A model generated the notes under the pieces. That model searched no databases. It was given only the letters and a program-made list of their open reading frames with translations, and was not told the origin of the DNA. From Carcharhinus longimanus (taxonomy: Eukaryota), in NCBI GenBank assembly GCA_030264375.1, contig JASCQW010000128.1:7579875-7643874 (forward strand): a stretch of 64,000 nucleotides of DNA, given 5' to 3'. This document shows, piece by piece, positions 11,994 through 24,440 of this stretch. Numbering within the stretch: position 1 is the first letter of the stretch; every line of letters starts with the position of its first letter. The position numbers and the translations under genes are program-made.

Positions 11994-12312
11994 GGGGCGG
12001 TGGGGTGACACAGTGGCTAGCACTGCTGCCTCACAGCACCAGTGACCCGGGTTCAATTCCCAGCTTGGGTCACTGTCTGTGTCGAGTCTGCACATTCNNN
12101 NNNNNNNNNNNNNNNNNNNNNNNNNNNNNNNNNNNNNNNNNNNNNNNNNNNNNNNNNNNNNNNNNNNNNNNNNNNNNNNNNNNNNTTGACCCCTAGTGTC
12201 AATGGAATTAGCAGGGTATATACATGCAGTTACGGTGATAGGGCCTGGGCGGGATTGTTGTTGGTGCAGACTTGATGGGTCGAATGGCCTCTTTCTGCAC
12301 TGTAGGGATTTT
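11994..12312 (+). mobile_element. HE1 V-SINE (gapped), CR1-type tail
   Basis: Head CACAGTGGCTAGCACTGCTGCCTCACAG; tail GGTGCAGACTTGATGGGTCGAATGGCC..GTAGGGATT. Confidence 0.9.
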
Positions 12313-12589
12313 TATATTGGCACATACCTATATTTCTTCTACATGTTTTGCCTGCTTGAATAACTATTTTCTGCCCTTTTACATATAATAGATCTGTTAC
12401 CAAAGTGTAGCTCATCTTGGTGTTTATGTATTTCAAATGTTCAAAGAAAGAAAATTTGAGCTTATTCCATTCTTCTGTTTCCAAAATACTCTGGTGCCAC
12501 TTCTCTCCTCAGTCCAGCAATTTAACAAAGTTGTTTAAAAACTTTGAGGCTAACTAAATGTCAGATGTGCACTCTTCCAAAGGATTCCA

Positions 12590-14100
12590 AGAAAAAGATT
12601 TCCAAGGATGTTACAGGGACTGGAAGGTTTGAATTATAAGGAGAGGCTGGATAGGCTGGGACTTTCCTCCCTGGAGCGTAGGAGGATCAGAGGTGACATT
12701 ATAGAGGTCTATAAAATCATGAGGATCATAAATAAGTTGAATAGCCAAGAGGTGGAATTCTCCCACAAAAGTTCTAACTGTCGAATTTGCAGGAAAGCTT
12801 GAGTAAATCACACTTTTTTTCGGTGGGAATTCACACTAGAATCTCCTACACTCCTGTGCAATGCTGAGGCCACCAGCGTGATTATCATTAGATTTCAGGG
12901 AAGGGCCTATTCCTGCTCGGGAGGCTGAAACCAGAGAGTCTCTGCACATGCACTGTGGCCCCCAATTGTCAGCGTCCCTGTTTGCTCCGCGATCCCCACA
13001 GTGCTGCCTCCTCCCAACCCCCAGTGGCCTGNNNNNNNNNNNNNNNNNNNNNNNNNNNNNNNNNNNNNNNNNNNNNNNNNNNNNNNNNNNNNNNNNNNNN
13101 NNNNNNNNNNNNNNNNNNNNNNNNNNNNNNNCCACCACCACCCATTCCCGGGCCAGCCCCGTCCCGGCCAGCCCTGAACCTGAACTGATCTCCAGTCCCC
13201 ACCGAAGCAGATTCAAACTTCCCAGCAGTCCTCCCCCAGCCCACCTCAATCGCTGGCCTCCCTCCTCCCCACATTGATTTTCATGCAGAGTGGCAGCAGG
13301 ACACCCATCCCCTTGGCACTGCCGGTGGACAGTCCCCAGGCATGGGCACTTTCACTTTTGGGCAGTGCCAGGGACACGAGCAGCACTGCCAGGGTGCCTA
13401 TGCCTAGGAGGCACCACCCCCTCCTGCCATCCGACCCCCTGGGGTCCCCCGATTGCCCCTGTTCACTTCAGTGGGGTCAGGGCACTAGTTCCCCAAAAGC
13501 AGGGAGCAGGTCTGAACCCAGCTGGAGTCAAATACTCCTGGCGGGATGGGGGATGTGAGCGACCCAGAGAATGCAATCCTGGGCCCACTGATCACATTCA
13601 AATGACATGTAAAATACCTACCTAGTGTTCCTGCGGATTCCAGCATGAATGAGATGGCACCGGATATCCAGCGCTGGGAGATGCGCGCAGGGGAAACGTA
13701 AGCACGAATCCTGTGTGTGCCCAGAAGCGAGATTCTCCCATTGCACCACGCTGGAAAATTAGCACAGCGGGTGGGAGAATCATCTCTTCCCCAGGGTAGG
13801 GGAGCCTAAAACTAGAGGGCATATGGTTAAGGTGAGAGGGAAAAAGTTTAAAAGGGACCTGAGGAATAACTTCTTCACACACAAGGTGGTGTGCGTAGGG
13901 AATGAGCTGTTACAGGAGGTGGTAGAGGCAGGTACAATTACAACATTTAAAAAAAACATTTGGACAGGTACATGGATGGGAAAGGCTTAGAACGATCTGG
14001 GCCAAACGCAGACAAATGGGACTAGTTCAATTTAGGAAACCTGCTTGGCGTGGACAAGTTGGGCTGAAGGGCCTTTTTCTATGCTGTATATCTCTATGAA
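12590..14100 (+). mobile_element. CR1 LINE 3' fragment interrupted at 12749-13786
   Basis: MLQGLEGLNYKERLDRLGL.SLERRR.RGDIIEVYKIM, resuming after the insert with TTCCCCAGGGTAGGGGAG..ACTAGAGGGCAT and ending CTATGCTGTATATCTCTATG. Confidence 0.9.
12749..13786. mobile_element. Non-autonomous DNA transposon, probably PIF/Harbinger
   Basis: Clean insertion into CR1; imperfect TIRs with core ATTCTCCCAC / GTGGGAGAAT; interior shared with 18915, 35325, 43588, 48770 and 52085. Confidence 0.7.
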
Positions 14101-14102
14101 GG

Positions 14103-14312
14103 CTTTTAGATAGCACCTTTCTTGACCCCAGGATGACCCAAAGTGCTGCAGACGATGAAATATTGCTGTAATATAAGAAATGCAGTAACCAGCACTCCCT
14201 CAGCCCTGCACTGGGGCATTGGTCTTGATCTTTGTCCTCAAATACTGACTTGAAACCAAAACCTTCTGACTTGCAGGTAAGAGTGTGACCAATCTAGTCA
14301 CAGCTGACACTT
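14103..14312 (-). mobile_element. Deu-domain SINE, internally deleted
   Basis: CAGCACTCCCTCAG and AACCTTCTGACT are reverse complements of motifs in the 5205 and 37905 copies. Confidence 0.65.
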
Positions 14313-14439
14313 AATGCCCTTCCAAAGAGTAGGAAATTAAAACAACCACAGTCTCTTCTCTATAATCTACTGAACTCCTCCTGAGTTCTGCTTAAAAAAA
14401 ATAGGATTTGGTATTAATGATATCTTCAAGCCATGATTT

Positions 14440-14790
14440 TTGCATTTTATAACAAGCCCATACCTGGGGTCAAGGAGGAGGAAGAGGGAGCAGGGCAGGA
14501 AGTTGGAAGAGGAGAGGGGATAGAGATGCAAAGCGAAGGAAGAAGATGAAAATGAGGGGTGAGGAGGTGGAGAGAGATAGTCTGGATGGTTGGCAGAGTT
14601 TGTGAAGATGAGGGGTGCGGATTCTTGGAAGTTATGGGGGGAAAGGATGGGTGACAATGTGTTGGAGTTGATGATTTTAAGAGAGATGGATGAAAACATC
14701 AAGGGTCTAGTTTAATGGTGTGGGAGAGTTTAAGGATGGAATATGGGAAGAGAGAACAAAGGGAGAAGTGGAGAGAAATGCTTAGAGGGG
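14440..14790 (-). mobile_element. L2 LINE ORF2 fragment, old
   Basis: Purine-rich plus strand; minus peptide ISLKIINSNTLSPILSPH resembles the L2 endonuclease/linker region. Confidence 0.45.
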
Positions 14791-15001
14791 AAGCAAATTT
14801 ATGAATGAAACTCAGAAATAATAAAACATGCAGTAAGGATAATAGATAATAAATAAAATTTTATTTTAAGGCTTTCAGTTTACATTGGTGTTTTTATTTA
14901 ATCACTACAAGATTATACAACGTAGATGTACAGGTTAACATCTATAGATCTTGAGAGGTAGATCACATTGAAGGATGTGGCCAGTGAGCTAGTGGATCCA
15001 T

Positions 15002-15402
15002 TGGCATGGTGGTACAGTGGTTCGCAGTGCTGCCTCACAGCTCCAGGGAACTGGGTTCAATTCCGGCCTTGGGTGACTCTGTGGAGTTTTCACGTTCTCC
15101 TCGTGTCTGCATGGGTTTCCTCGGGTGATCCAATTTCCTCCCACACTCCAAAGGTGTGCTGGTTAGGTGGATTGGCCATGCTAAATTGCCCTTTAATGTC
15201 CAAAAATATGTACGATGTGGAGATGCTGGTGTTGGAACGAGGTGGGCAGAGTGAGAAGTCTCACTTCAAAGATATGTAAATATATATAATAAATGTGTGG
15301 AGTCATGGGGATAGGGAGGGGGCCTGGATAAGATACTCTGTCAGAGTGTACACAGAGACTCGATGGGTCAAATGGCCTCTTCTGCACTGTAGGGATTCTT
15401 TG
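15002..15402 (+). mobile_element. HE1 V-SINE nested in CR1
   Basis: Full head, V-domain and CR1-type tail. Confidence 0.9.
15213..15266 (-). mobile_element. Penelope-like family A terminal fragment with ~12-bp TSD
   Basis: GATGTGGAGATGCTGGTGTTGGA is the reverse complement of the family A 3' end; flanks CAAAAATATGTA (15201-15212) and CAAAGATATGTA (15267-15278). Confidence 0.7.
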
Positions 15403-16487
15403 ATATTCAGAGGAGACCAAAGGACATAGATGGGTTAAGCGAATGGGCAAAAATCTGGAAGAAGGAGTCTAATGTGGGAAAATGCAAAGTTGCCCATTTG
15501 GACAAGAAGATTTAAAAAAACATATTATCCAAATGGTGTGCAATTGCAAAGCCCTGAGGTGCAGAGAGATCTGGGTGTCCTCGTGCATGAATCACAAAAG
15601 GCTTCTGTGCAGATACAGCAAATGATTAGCACAGCTAGTAGGAAGTTATTATTTATTGTGAGGGGTATTGATTACAAGAGTAGGGAAATTATATTTCAGT
15701 TGTACAGGGCATTGGTGAGACCACATCTGGCATATTGTACTGTACTGATCTCCATATTTAAGGAAAGATGCATGAGCAATAGTTCAGAGAAGGTTTACTA
15801 GACTAATACCAGGAATGAACGGGTTGACTTATGAGGAAAGGTTAGAGAGGTTATCCACTAGAGTTTAGAAAAATAAACGGCAACTTAAGTAAAAGTAAGA
15901 GGCAAAACTTTTAAGATCTTGAGGGGTATTGACAGGGTGGCGATGGAGAGGATGTTTCCTCTTGTCAGAATCTGGGACCAAGGGCCACCTATTAAAAATA
16001 AAGGGTCGCTCATTTAAGGCAGTGGTTAGGAGAATTTTTTTTTTCTTTCGGAGTTGAGAGTCTCTGGAACTTTCTTCCTCAAAAGGCAGTAGAAGAGTCT
16101 TTGAATATTTTTAAAGCAGAGCTAGAAAGATTCTTGATTAACGAGGGGCTGGAAGTTCTTGGAGGTAGACAGGAGTGTGGGGTTGAGGTTACAAGTAGAT
16201 TAGCCATGACCTTATTGACTGGCAGGGCAGGCTCGAGGGGCTGAGTGGCCTACTCCTGCTCCTAATTCATATGTTCCTATTCAATGGAACGATTTGCTTA
16301 GCCATTGAATTTTGACCCATTGTTGAATGTTGGTGGTTCTTCACACTAAAATGTATTAAGTGTTATTTCTGTGCTGATGACAGACACAAAATATGCAGCA
16401 CAATATTTAAAGCATGGGAAAATTCAACACAAATTGTAACCAACCGTGTACTGTGTCACCACTGTCCAGTCACATTCATTCTACTCT

Positions 16488-16592
16488 CTTGGGCTCTATT
16501 CTCTCCTCACAGATATTGTCAGACCTGCTGAGATTTTCCATCATTCTGTTTTTGTTTCAGATTCCAGCATCCACAGTATTTTGCTGTTTTCT
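16488..16592 (+). mobile_element. Penelope-like family B fragment
   Basis: GGCTCTATTCTCTC..ACAGAT..GTCAGACCTGCTGAGATTTTCCA..CAGATTCCAGCATCC. Confidence 0.65.
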
Positions 16593-16681
16593 TTGGGTTT
16601 CGCTTTTTAGATTATTTTTTTTGTCCTCTTTTTGTGAAGCACAAGCCTGTCTTTGTCATCCTAGTTGAGAGGTTTTACATT

Positions 16682-16973
16682 AATCAAAGGAGGCTATTCA
16701 GCCCATCAAGTTACACTGACTCTCTGACAGAGTATTTTACCCACAGCTGATCCCATAACCCCACATATTTACTTCGCTAATCACCTTAACCTACTCATCT
16801 TGGGGCAATTTAGCATGGTCAATCTACCTAACCTGCACATCTTTGGAGTCTTAGGAAACGGTGGCACCCAGAGGAAACCCACGCAGACACAGGGAGAATG
16901 TGCAGACAGTGACCCAAGGCTGGAAGTGAATCTGGGTCCCTGCAGCAGTGCTAACCACTGTGCCACCGTGCCC
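16682..16973 (-). mobile_element. HE1 V-SINE
   Basis: GGGGCAATTTAGCATGG..GAGGAAACCCACGCAGACAC..GCAGCAGTGCTAACCACTGTGCCACCGTG. Confidence 0.9.
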
Positions 16974-17609
16974 TCCTAAAGCTGATCACTAATTGAGAAA
17001 CGGCCAATGACCAAGAACCTTTCAAAATTCTAATCGGTTATCCTTTTTGGGTGGGATTCTCTGAATTAAGTGATGCAACCCAGCATCACCAAGTAACGAA
17101 TTCAAACCCAATCTGGCAAAGATTTGTCTTTATTACATTTACTGCTTTTTTTTTTGAATACTATAGAAAAAAGAAGTTAAAATTTATAGAAATCATAGGC
17201 ACTTTTTGTGTAAGTGATCTTGTCATTCCAGAACAGTTTGCTGAATTTGATATTTTCAGTTGCTATACAGGCTACTCGTGTGCCTTTTTGATTTATATTA
17301 ATATTATTTTATATTAATTATTTAAAATTAATAATTACTAACACTTACTAACATTTACTAATACTTTCTAAATTTCATAAGTTTACAATCTAAAGCAGAT
17401 TTTGGATTACACACATTTGGTTAAAAAATGTGTTTGCATTCCCAAGGAAGATGTTATACCAGGCCCCAGATTCTGTTCAGCATACCTAATGCTGACATAT
17501 TAGAGGTAATAGTCACTTATAAAAGTTGGATTGGAGCTGTGCTGCTCCTTAGGGATAAACTGCATTTTGTATGTCATTTTCTTCCCCACACTCCAATAGC
17601 TCTCCGTTT

Positions 17610-17716
17610 GAGTGGGAATTTTAACACACCACCCACCATGGGGAAACGGAATGCGTGGGAAAGACCGTTGACTTCCGATGGGATTTTATGGCTTCAGGAC
17701 AGTAAAATCCCGCCCT
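17610..17716. mobile_element. MITE, Harbinger-like
   Basis: Imperfect TIRs GAGTGGGAATTTTA / TAAAATCCCGCCC. Confidence 0.45.
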
Positions 17717-18299
17717 TGAACTGAGTAGCAATATATAATAAAATTAGGGCCCTGTGCTGCATGTTGCGCAGCATGCCAGTGTTAGTACAAACTTTCATTA
17801 CTTCTCCCAAAAAGTTATGACTTTGCCCTTGGAACTTTTATAGATAATTTTTGTGATTTTTTTTATTGGAGGTATCCCCAATTATTTTGAGAGGTTGGCT
17901 GGTGTTCACCAGAAACTCAGTGATATCACTGACATTATTAAATCACAAAGGTACAACATGATTATGCAGCTCTGCAAAAACAGTCACCGTATTGAGACCA
18001 ACATAATTAGATTTGGTTGCTTGTGTTTTTTAAAATTAATAGTTCGAGAAATGCTTTTACTGTGAATGATGAAGTTTTAAATGAAGAAGAGACATTGAAA
18101 CATTTATTGGCAAAAAAGAGTGCTTGGAATTTAATAAGCTCCAGAGGAAAGGTAGTGGTAGGTCAGTACAGATCGATAATATTGCTGCTGGCGGGTACAG
18201 TGACTGCATTAACTCTGCACCGATCTGACATAACTCCATTCCAGATTAGTCTCAAAATTCACATTATCATGAAATAGAAGCAAGGGACTGTTGCAGGTA

Positions 18300-18598
18300 C
18301 ATGGGGATGGCATTAGCACAGCTGCCTCACAGTACCAGGGACCTGGGTTCAATTCCCGGCTTGGGTGACTGTCAGTGTGGAGTCTGCAAATTCTCCCCGT
18401 GTCTACGTGGGTTTCCTTCGGCTGCTCCAGTTCCCTCCCACAATCCAAAAGACATGCTGGTTAGGTACATCGGCCACGCTAAATTCTCCTTCAGTGTACC
18501 CGATCAGGCATTGGAGTGCGGCGACTCGGGGATTTTTCACAGTAACTTCATTGCAGTGTTAATGTAAGCCTACTTGTGACACAAATGGATAAACTTAA
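18300..18598 (+). mobile_element. HE1 V-SINE, alternative tail
   Basis: Ends CACAGTAACTTCATTGCAGTGTTAATGTAAGCCTACTTGTGACAC. Confidence 0.9.
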
Positions 18599-18914
18599 AT
18601 CCTAAACGCATCCTCTGTAAGTATTGAATTAACTTTGCTCTCATATGACCAGTCACTGGTAATATTATGGCAAATGTAGGGCCTGTGATCCTATCCATGG
18701 TCCATGGAACTTTGGTCAGTCCTGTCTGCTATGATCACCATGGCAGGCGGGATAGGAGAGTTCCCCACAGAATGTCGGATAGTGCATCTTAATTTCAATC
18801 TGAAATCGATGGCACTGCAAAAATTAGTTCTTGTCTTCCATATATTTAGCTTTTTCTTATTTCATAATAATCTAGATGACTGATATTCTGGTCACTTATC
18901 TCTGACACTACAGA

Positions 18915-19525
18915 GAGTTGGGCAGGGGGCAATTGTCCCAGTCCGCAGTGCTGTTTTAGCAGACTGGGAGACTCGAGCGACGGCCGTTTAGCAAGCTCCC
19001 TGCTGGGATCCATGTCCTCGCAAATCTGCAGCTGCCAGATTTCCAGTACCGTCAGCTCCACACCAGAAATCGGTGCGAAGCTGTATAAATTATTTAAATT
19101 AGAATTAGCATATAATTAGCGGGTCCGGGACTGAAGTCTCTGGGCCCACGAGAGTCTCCCCCCAACACTTATCCTCTGCTAGGAGTGTTTCACACCAGTG
19201 GGGTTTACAATAACTCCCCACTTGCTAGGAGCTGGTGGCCCCACCCTGCTGCAGTGAAGAGAGGGCCATGGAGGCCCCTCAGGAGATTGGCTCCCTTATC
19301 CCCAATGCTGGTGAGGGGGGAGGTGGGGGGAGATCGAGGTGGGCTGGAGGGAGAGTTGAGGCTGGCCTGGACATGTCTGGGAGGCCAGCAAAAAGGGAGT
19401 GGAGGGGGGGAGGGCCTCCTGTGGCCAGTAATGTGGGCTATCAGGATTGGCCAGCAATTGAGCCCCCTCGGGGGGGGTGGGTGGGTGGGGGGTGGTAATT
19501 GAAAGTTTGAAGTTGGGGCTTCACT
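18915..19525. mobile_element. Non-autonomous DNA transposon fragment (Harbinger-like family)
   Basis: GGGACTGAAGTCTCTGGGCCC..GAGTGTTTCAC.CCAGTGGGGTTTACAA..CTCCCCAC shared with 48970-49110 and 52290-52450. Confidence 0.65.
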
Positions 19526-19534
19526 AATGTCCTT

Positions 19535-19720
19535 TTGGAAGGAATTTTGTCACACTTGCCTGGTCTGGTCTTGATGTGACACCAAAGTGGTTGGCTCTTA
19601 ACTGCAACCTGAAGTGGCCCAGAAAGCCAGCCAGTTGTATCATGAGCTTCCTGGGGCTGTTGGTGATGAACACTAAATGCTAGACTTTCCAGCAGTACGC
19701 ACGTGCTGAGAATGAATAAT
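19535..19720 (+). mobile_element. 3' part of second tRNA-derived SINE family (see 39095)
   Basis: GAAGGAA..TGCCTGGTCTGG..GTGGTTGGCTCTTAACTGC..TGAAGTGGCC..AATGAATAA. Confidence 0.55.
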
Positions 19721-20614
19721 AAAGGAAGTAATTTTCTTCGCAGTCACCCACTATTAACTCCCTTTTGTATCTGTTCTTGGTGATCCCATTTGTCTGCAGC
19801 ATTTCAGGTAGGGTTAACCACTTTGTCTACAGTGAGGAAGGGAAATTAGTGTCTAAATCACCCAAAGGCAATCCTATATATGTATTTCCCAGCAACTCAA
19901 CGCAAATGTTTAAAAAGCAGTAGTTTTGGAAAATATACACTTCACATAAATACATATTTTCTCAGGGAATGAAATCCAAAAATTGGTCCAACAGATGGAA
20001 GCCCTCTTCAAATTTGACATTTGAGGAATTGGAGGCTTGTGCTTGCAGTGTAGTTAATGCCTCAAGACACGGGTTGTGTTAAAACACATGTTTAGATACA
20101 GCAGATAATGTAACTGTGAGTGCTCTCCCCTTTTTCTCCCTCAGTCCAGAGATCACAGAATAAAATCCCTCAGCTGCCATACCATTCACCTGGTAATTGT
20201 GTGATGACTTTTTATCGGAACCTACCTGCTCGATAGGCCCAACGATACATTTTTTCGGAGGAAGAAAGCTCGAAAGGATTGCTTGTCATTGATATTAACA
20301 TTAATCGTGTACAAACCTTGATTGTCTCTACATATGAAGTGCTCTGCGTTGTAAGGATTTAAAGAGAAAACACGCACATATTTGAAAAAGGCACTGAGGT
20401 AAAGTTAGTTTAGTATTATTTGTAACAACAGACGATCATTACTTCAAAACTGACCACGTGTTGTATTTTACATGTCCCACCAAGTGTGTTTCAGGTTGGG
20501 GAAGCATGTAAAATAGGACAGGTGCTTAGCCCACCAGCTCCTGCGCTCACTCCCATAATATGAGGGGGGTATGGTTGTGGGGGGCGGGGGCAGAAGGTGG
20601 GCAGATTTTTTTAA

Positions 20615-21020
20615 ATTAATTTTTTATTCATGGGCATTGCTGACTAACCAGCATTTATTGTCCATCCCTCGTTGCCCTTGAGAAGGTGGTGGTGAGCTGC
20701 CTTCTTGAATCGCTGCCGTTGATGTGCTGTGGGTTGACCCACAATGCCGTTAAGGAGGGAATTCCAGGATTTTGATTGAGCAATTGCAAAGGGACGGTGG
20801 TATATTTCCATGTCGGGATGGTGAGTGGTTTGGAGGGGAACTTGCAGGTAGTGGTGTTCCCCTGTATCTGCTGCCCTTGTCCTTCTAGATGGAAGTGGTC
20901 ATGGGTTTGGAAGGTGCTGTCTCAGGATCTTTGGTGAATGCATCTTGTAGATAGTAAACATCGCTGCTACTGAACGTCGGTGGTGAAAGGAATGAATGTT
21001 CGTAGATGTGGTGCCAAACT
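20615..21020 (-). mobile_element. CR1-group LINE 3' end (second family)
   Basis: CATTTATTGTCCATCCCTCGTTGCCCTTGAGAAGGTGGTGGTGAGCTGCCTTCTTGAA..GGGAATTCCAGGATTTTGA; minus strand encodes SKSWNSL.N; tail shared with SINEs at 28160 and 39095. Confidence 0.75.
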
Positions 21021-21257
21021 TGGCAGCCTGCCCACTACATTCAAATCATTGATCAAGGTCAATCAGACTGGTTATCAAGCTGATTGACCCAGATAATACA
21101 CTGCCAATGTCCTAACACCTTGGCATGGGCAGCCATGCTAGAGTGGGCCGTTGATTTNNNNNNNNNNNNNNNNNNNNNNNNNNNNNNNNNNNNNNNNNNN
21201 NNNNNNNNNNNNNNNNNNNNNNNNNNNNNNNNNNNNNNNNNNNNNNNNNNNNNNNNN

Positions 21258-21420
21258 CAATCCAAAGATGTGTGGGGTAAGTTGATTAGCCATGGTAAAT
21301 CGCCCTGTAATGTCAGGGTAACTACGTGGGGTTAGAAGACCTGGGTGAAATAATCTGTCAGAGCCAGTGCAGGCTCGATGGGCCAAATTGCCTCTTCTGC
21401 ACTGTAGGGTTTCTATGATT
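21258..21420 (+). mobile_element. HE1 V-SINE 3' half after gap
   Basis: TCCAAAGATGTG..GGCTCGATGGGCCAAATTGCCTCTTCTGCACTGTAGGGTTTCTATGATT. Confidence 0.85.
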
Positions 21421-21734
21421 CGAAGAAATGGATATTGATTCATGGAGTGTTGGCATCAGTTTTGGGGAAGTGGGAGTTGGAATGGTCATCTCCAGAACAG
21501 TGTGGGGGTGAGTGTTCTGGTAAGGGGTGGGACCATATGAAGTGGTAAATTAAAGAGAGGATGAGACAATAGAGCTGGATAGGAAAATGAATAATAATCA
21601 AAATGTGGCTGAAAGGGACATAAGTGCATAAGCTTAAGATTCTGAAAGAACAATAAAAAGACAATATTTAAAGACTCTGGCATTTTATGATGGGCATGTT
21701 TACAGCACTGCTATATTTAAAAAGCTAATCAAAG

Positions 21735-22240
21735 GTCAATTAGGCTTGCCACCCAGCCAATTTATCCTGATAATACATTCCTCACACCATAACATGTTTG
21801 GTGTGGGCAGTCGAGAAGGAGCGGGCAGCCCAAAGCAAAGCAATGGACGGGGAAGAAAAGGGCATTCCATCTTCCTGGGCTGTCCTTTGCTGATCAGAGT
21901 TGCCATCCCCTCCACCCCCTCAGATAGAACACCCCCTTTCTTCCTACCCACTCACAACCTTAAACCCAACCACGCACCCCATGCCCCCCGGCTCCCCCCC
22001 AGTAAAGACATACTTGTCCCCGGGACATATGGGCCGCCTTCCTCCTTCATCTGCAACTCCGGCAGCTGCTAATGCCCCACTCCTGGCACTGCCAGGACAG
22101 CCAATCCAATTGGCTGGCTGCTCCAGAGGGTAGGACCTCGCCCCAGTGAGGGGCTGAAGCCCAACTTGGCCCTCGTTTAGCCGCCCCACAGCACTTTATG
22201 GTTCCGTGCTGACTTTGACTTTGGGGCGAGCGCCACAAAC
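21735..22240. mobile_element. GC-rich putative non-autonomous DNA transposon remnant
   Basis: GC-rich island with CAGCCAATCCAATTGGCTG palindrome; similar in character to 6360-6540 and 53560-53900; no clear TIRs. Confidence 0.3.
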
Positions 22241-22974
22241 TAGATTCTGGTTTCAGATTTTTTCCATTACGTGGCAACTTTGCCATTGTTTTTGGAATAC
22301 TTGTGTTTAGCTGCTTCAAGCTACACTTTTGTAATGTCCGGGTGAGTAAAGTCAAGGACATCAAAGCAGATTTCAATGTGTTAGTTAGGTTAGGAAATGA
22401 GTTGCCATTTCTAACTTGTAAAGGGCCTCAAGTAAACGTACACTTGGTCTAATTTTGACAATTGCTGGCACACAAGCCAAACATGAATAGTCGTTTTGCC
22501 TTCTGCCACTTGGGCTGGGATGTAATAGATTTACAAGAGTAGCCATGAAACCATCAAGAAAATGCTTTGGTCTGCCACAAGTGGTTTATTTTTGACTTGT
22601 TTTCCTTTGTTTACTTGGTTGGCTTGTTAGACAGTTTTCGCATGTTTTTTAAATTCACTTGAGAGCGTATGGATTCAATAACTGCAAAAGCAGCTGGGCC
22701 ATAAGTAACTTGAGGTCTCTGTACCCTGCCCATTCACATACTCTTGGGAAAGCGAAAGAAAGGGATATTTTCTCAAATAAAGATCATTGAAGAGCAGACT
22801 GGCGCAGAAAGAAAAGTCCCTTCAGATCCTTTGGTTTCAGACATTAATTCTTCATATGGATTTGGGCTTCATCTCCAAGCAATTCTTAATGGAAACTTCC
22901 ATTTCATTTCAATGATAATCCATACAAAAGGTTTACTGTGCGGCATTGCAGCCAGGGTTTAGTATCATCACAAA

Positions 22975-23222
22975 TGCTGTAGCACAGTGGTTAGCGCTGC
23001 TGCTTCACAGCACCAGGGACCTGGGTTCAATCCAGCCTTTGGTCGCTGTCTGTTCTGCGTGGGTTTCCTCCGGGTGCTCTGTGCTCGTTAGATGCATTGG
23101 CCATGCTAAATTCTCCCTCAGTGCCCGAACAGGTGCCTGTGTGTGGTGACTGGGGAATTTTCACAAGAACATCGTTGCAGTGTTAATGTAAGCCTACTTG
23201 TGACACTAATAAATAAACTTCA
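22975..23222 (+). mobile_element. HE1 V-SINE, alternative tail
   Basis: Ends GTGTTAATGTAAGCCTACTTGTGACACTAATAAATAAACTT. Confidence 0.9.
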
Positions 23223-24099
23223 AATGTTTTTCTTTCTGTTAAAGACAGAATTTTTTTTTTGTTGTGGTTAAAGAGAAAGATATTAGAATCAGGCATCAAA
23301 TATTCCAAGCTCAGATATAACCTTTAAGCTAGCAGTATACTATCCCTAATTTGGGAAGGGCTGTCGAAACTGTGCCAATGTGACCTTTTTATACTAACCC
23401 TTCTGTAGTTTTTTTATTGAAATTTCTCACCAAGTGTGGATCAGTGTTGAATCAAGAGCAAATTTGTGCTTAGACCCTTCTGCAGCTGATTTTTAGAATT
23501 GTATTAAGTCTGCCCAGATCCATTTCATATCGAACCTTCACAAGCAGAAAAATGAGATTTCCATCCCAATTATCCATTTTAGGCTACCACGAAACATGAA
23601 TTTCATCCTCAGCAACTCCCTATATAATTAGATACAAATGTTACGAGCAGAATTGAATGGAGACGCTGAGCGTCTTGCCCACTGTCTGGAGAGCCAGGGA
23701 GAACACTGTGTCACCTCTTTTTGGGAACTGCCAGTCAGGCACTTAACTGGGTAGCATCAGGCCTTCCCCAGGATCAAGGACCCCAGAGGCAGAAGGCCTG
23801 CAGCCCTTCATTACTCAGCAGCACCAGTAGGATAAGCTGAGCAACCCAGGCCGGAGGGGGATGATGGCGGGAAGTGGATGGCTCTCTTGATGCTCTTCCC
23901 CAACCTTCCTGATGCCAATTCCCTTGAAAAACATTGAAGGGCTTTCATTCTCAGGATCCCTGCACTGGGTGAATACTAGTGTGTGATGGTAAGTTAAGAT
24001 GTTAGAGTAAAGTGCTGACTGAATAAAGATTGGTGGTGGATGACTGATGGTGTGCAGTGAATAGAGCAGTGGGTGAGGCCAGTGATGATATTTTAAGAT

Positions 24100-24420
24100 G
24101 AACTCACTGACATTGACAACTGATACGAGATTAAGTTTCTTCCTACGCAGCATTCACGTACTTGGAGCAATCTATTGGGCATTGACTTTCATTTCTATTT
24201 GTTCCCACTGCCTCGTGAATATTTGCCTGGAGGGTTTCCTACCTGTGGATGTGGAACATTTCTCTCCTTTTCACCACCACATTTTCAAAGGATTCCCACC
24301 ACTTTTGCAGTCAGAGTGAACCTTCCTTTGCAAAGCTGCCTTTAACTGCCACAGGCCACTCATGCCATCAGGCATGCCAGTCTGACATATGCAGCCAATG
24401 AGTTGCGCAGACAGTAACAT
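24100..24420 (-). mobile_element. Harbinger Myb/SANT-like ORF remnant (exon 1 and upstream region)
   Basis: Minus translation RKPSRQIFTRQWEQIEMKVNAQ*IAPST*MLRRKKLNL-SVVN then GTCAGTGA, parallel to the + copy at 26210-26450. Confidence 0.6.
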
Positions 24421-24440
24421 TGTTGCACATGGTAATCATT

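Larger units (their letters stand above)
14955..16280 (+). mobile_element. CR1 LINE ORF2 fragments and 3' end, with nested HE1
   Basis: KDVASELVDPL; QSPEVQRDLGVLVHESQK..QLYRALVRPHLAYC; 3' end GGCTCGAGGGGCTGAGTGGCCTACTCCTGCTCCTAATTCATATGTT. Confidence 0.9.
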
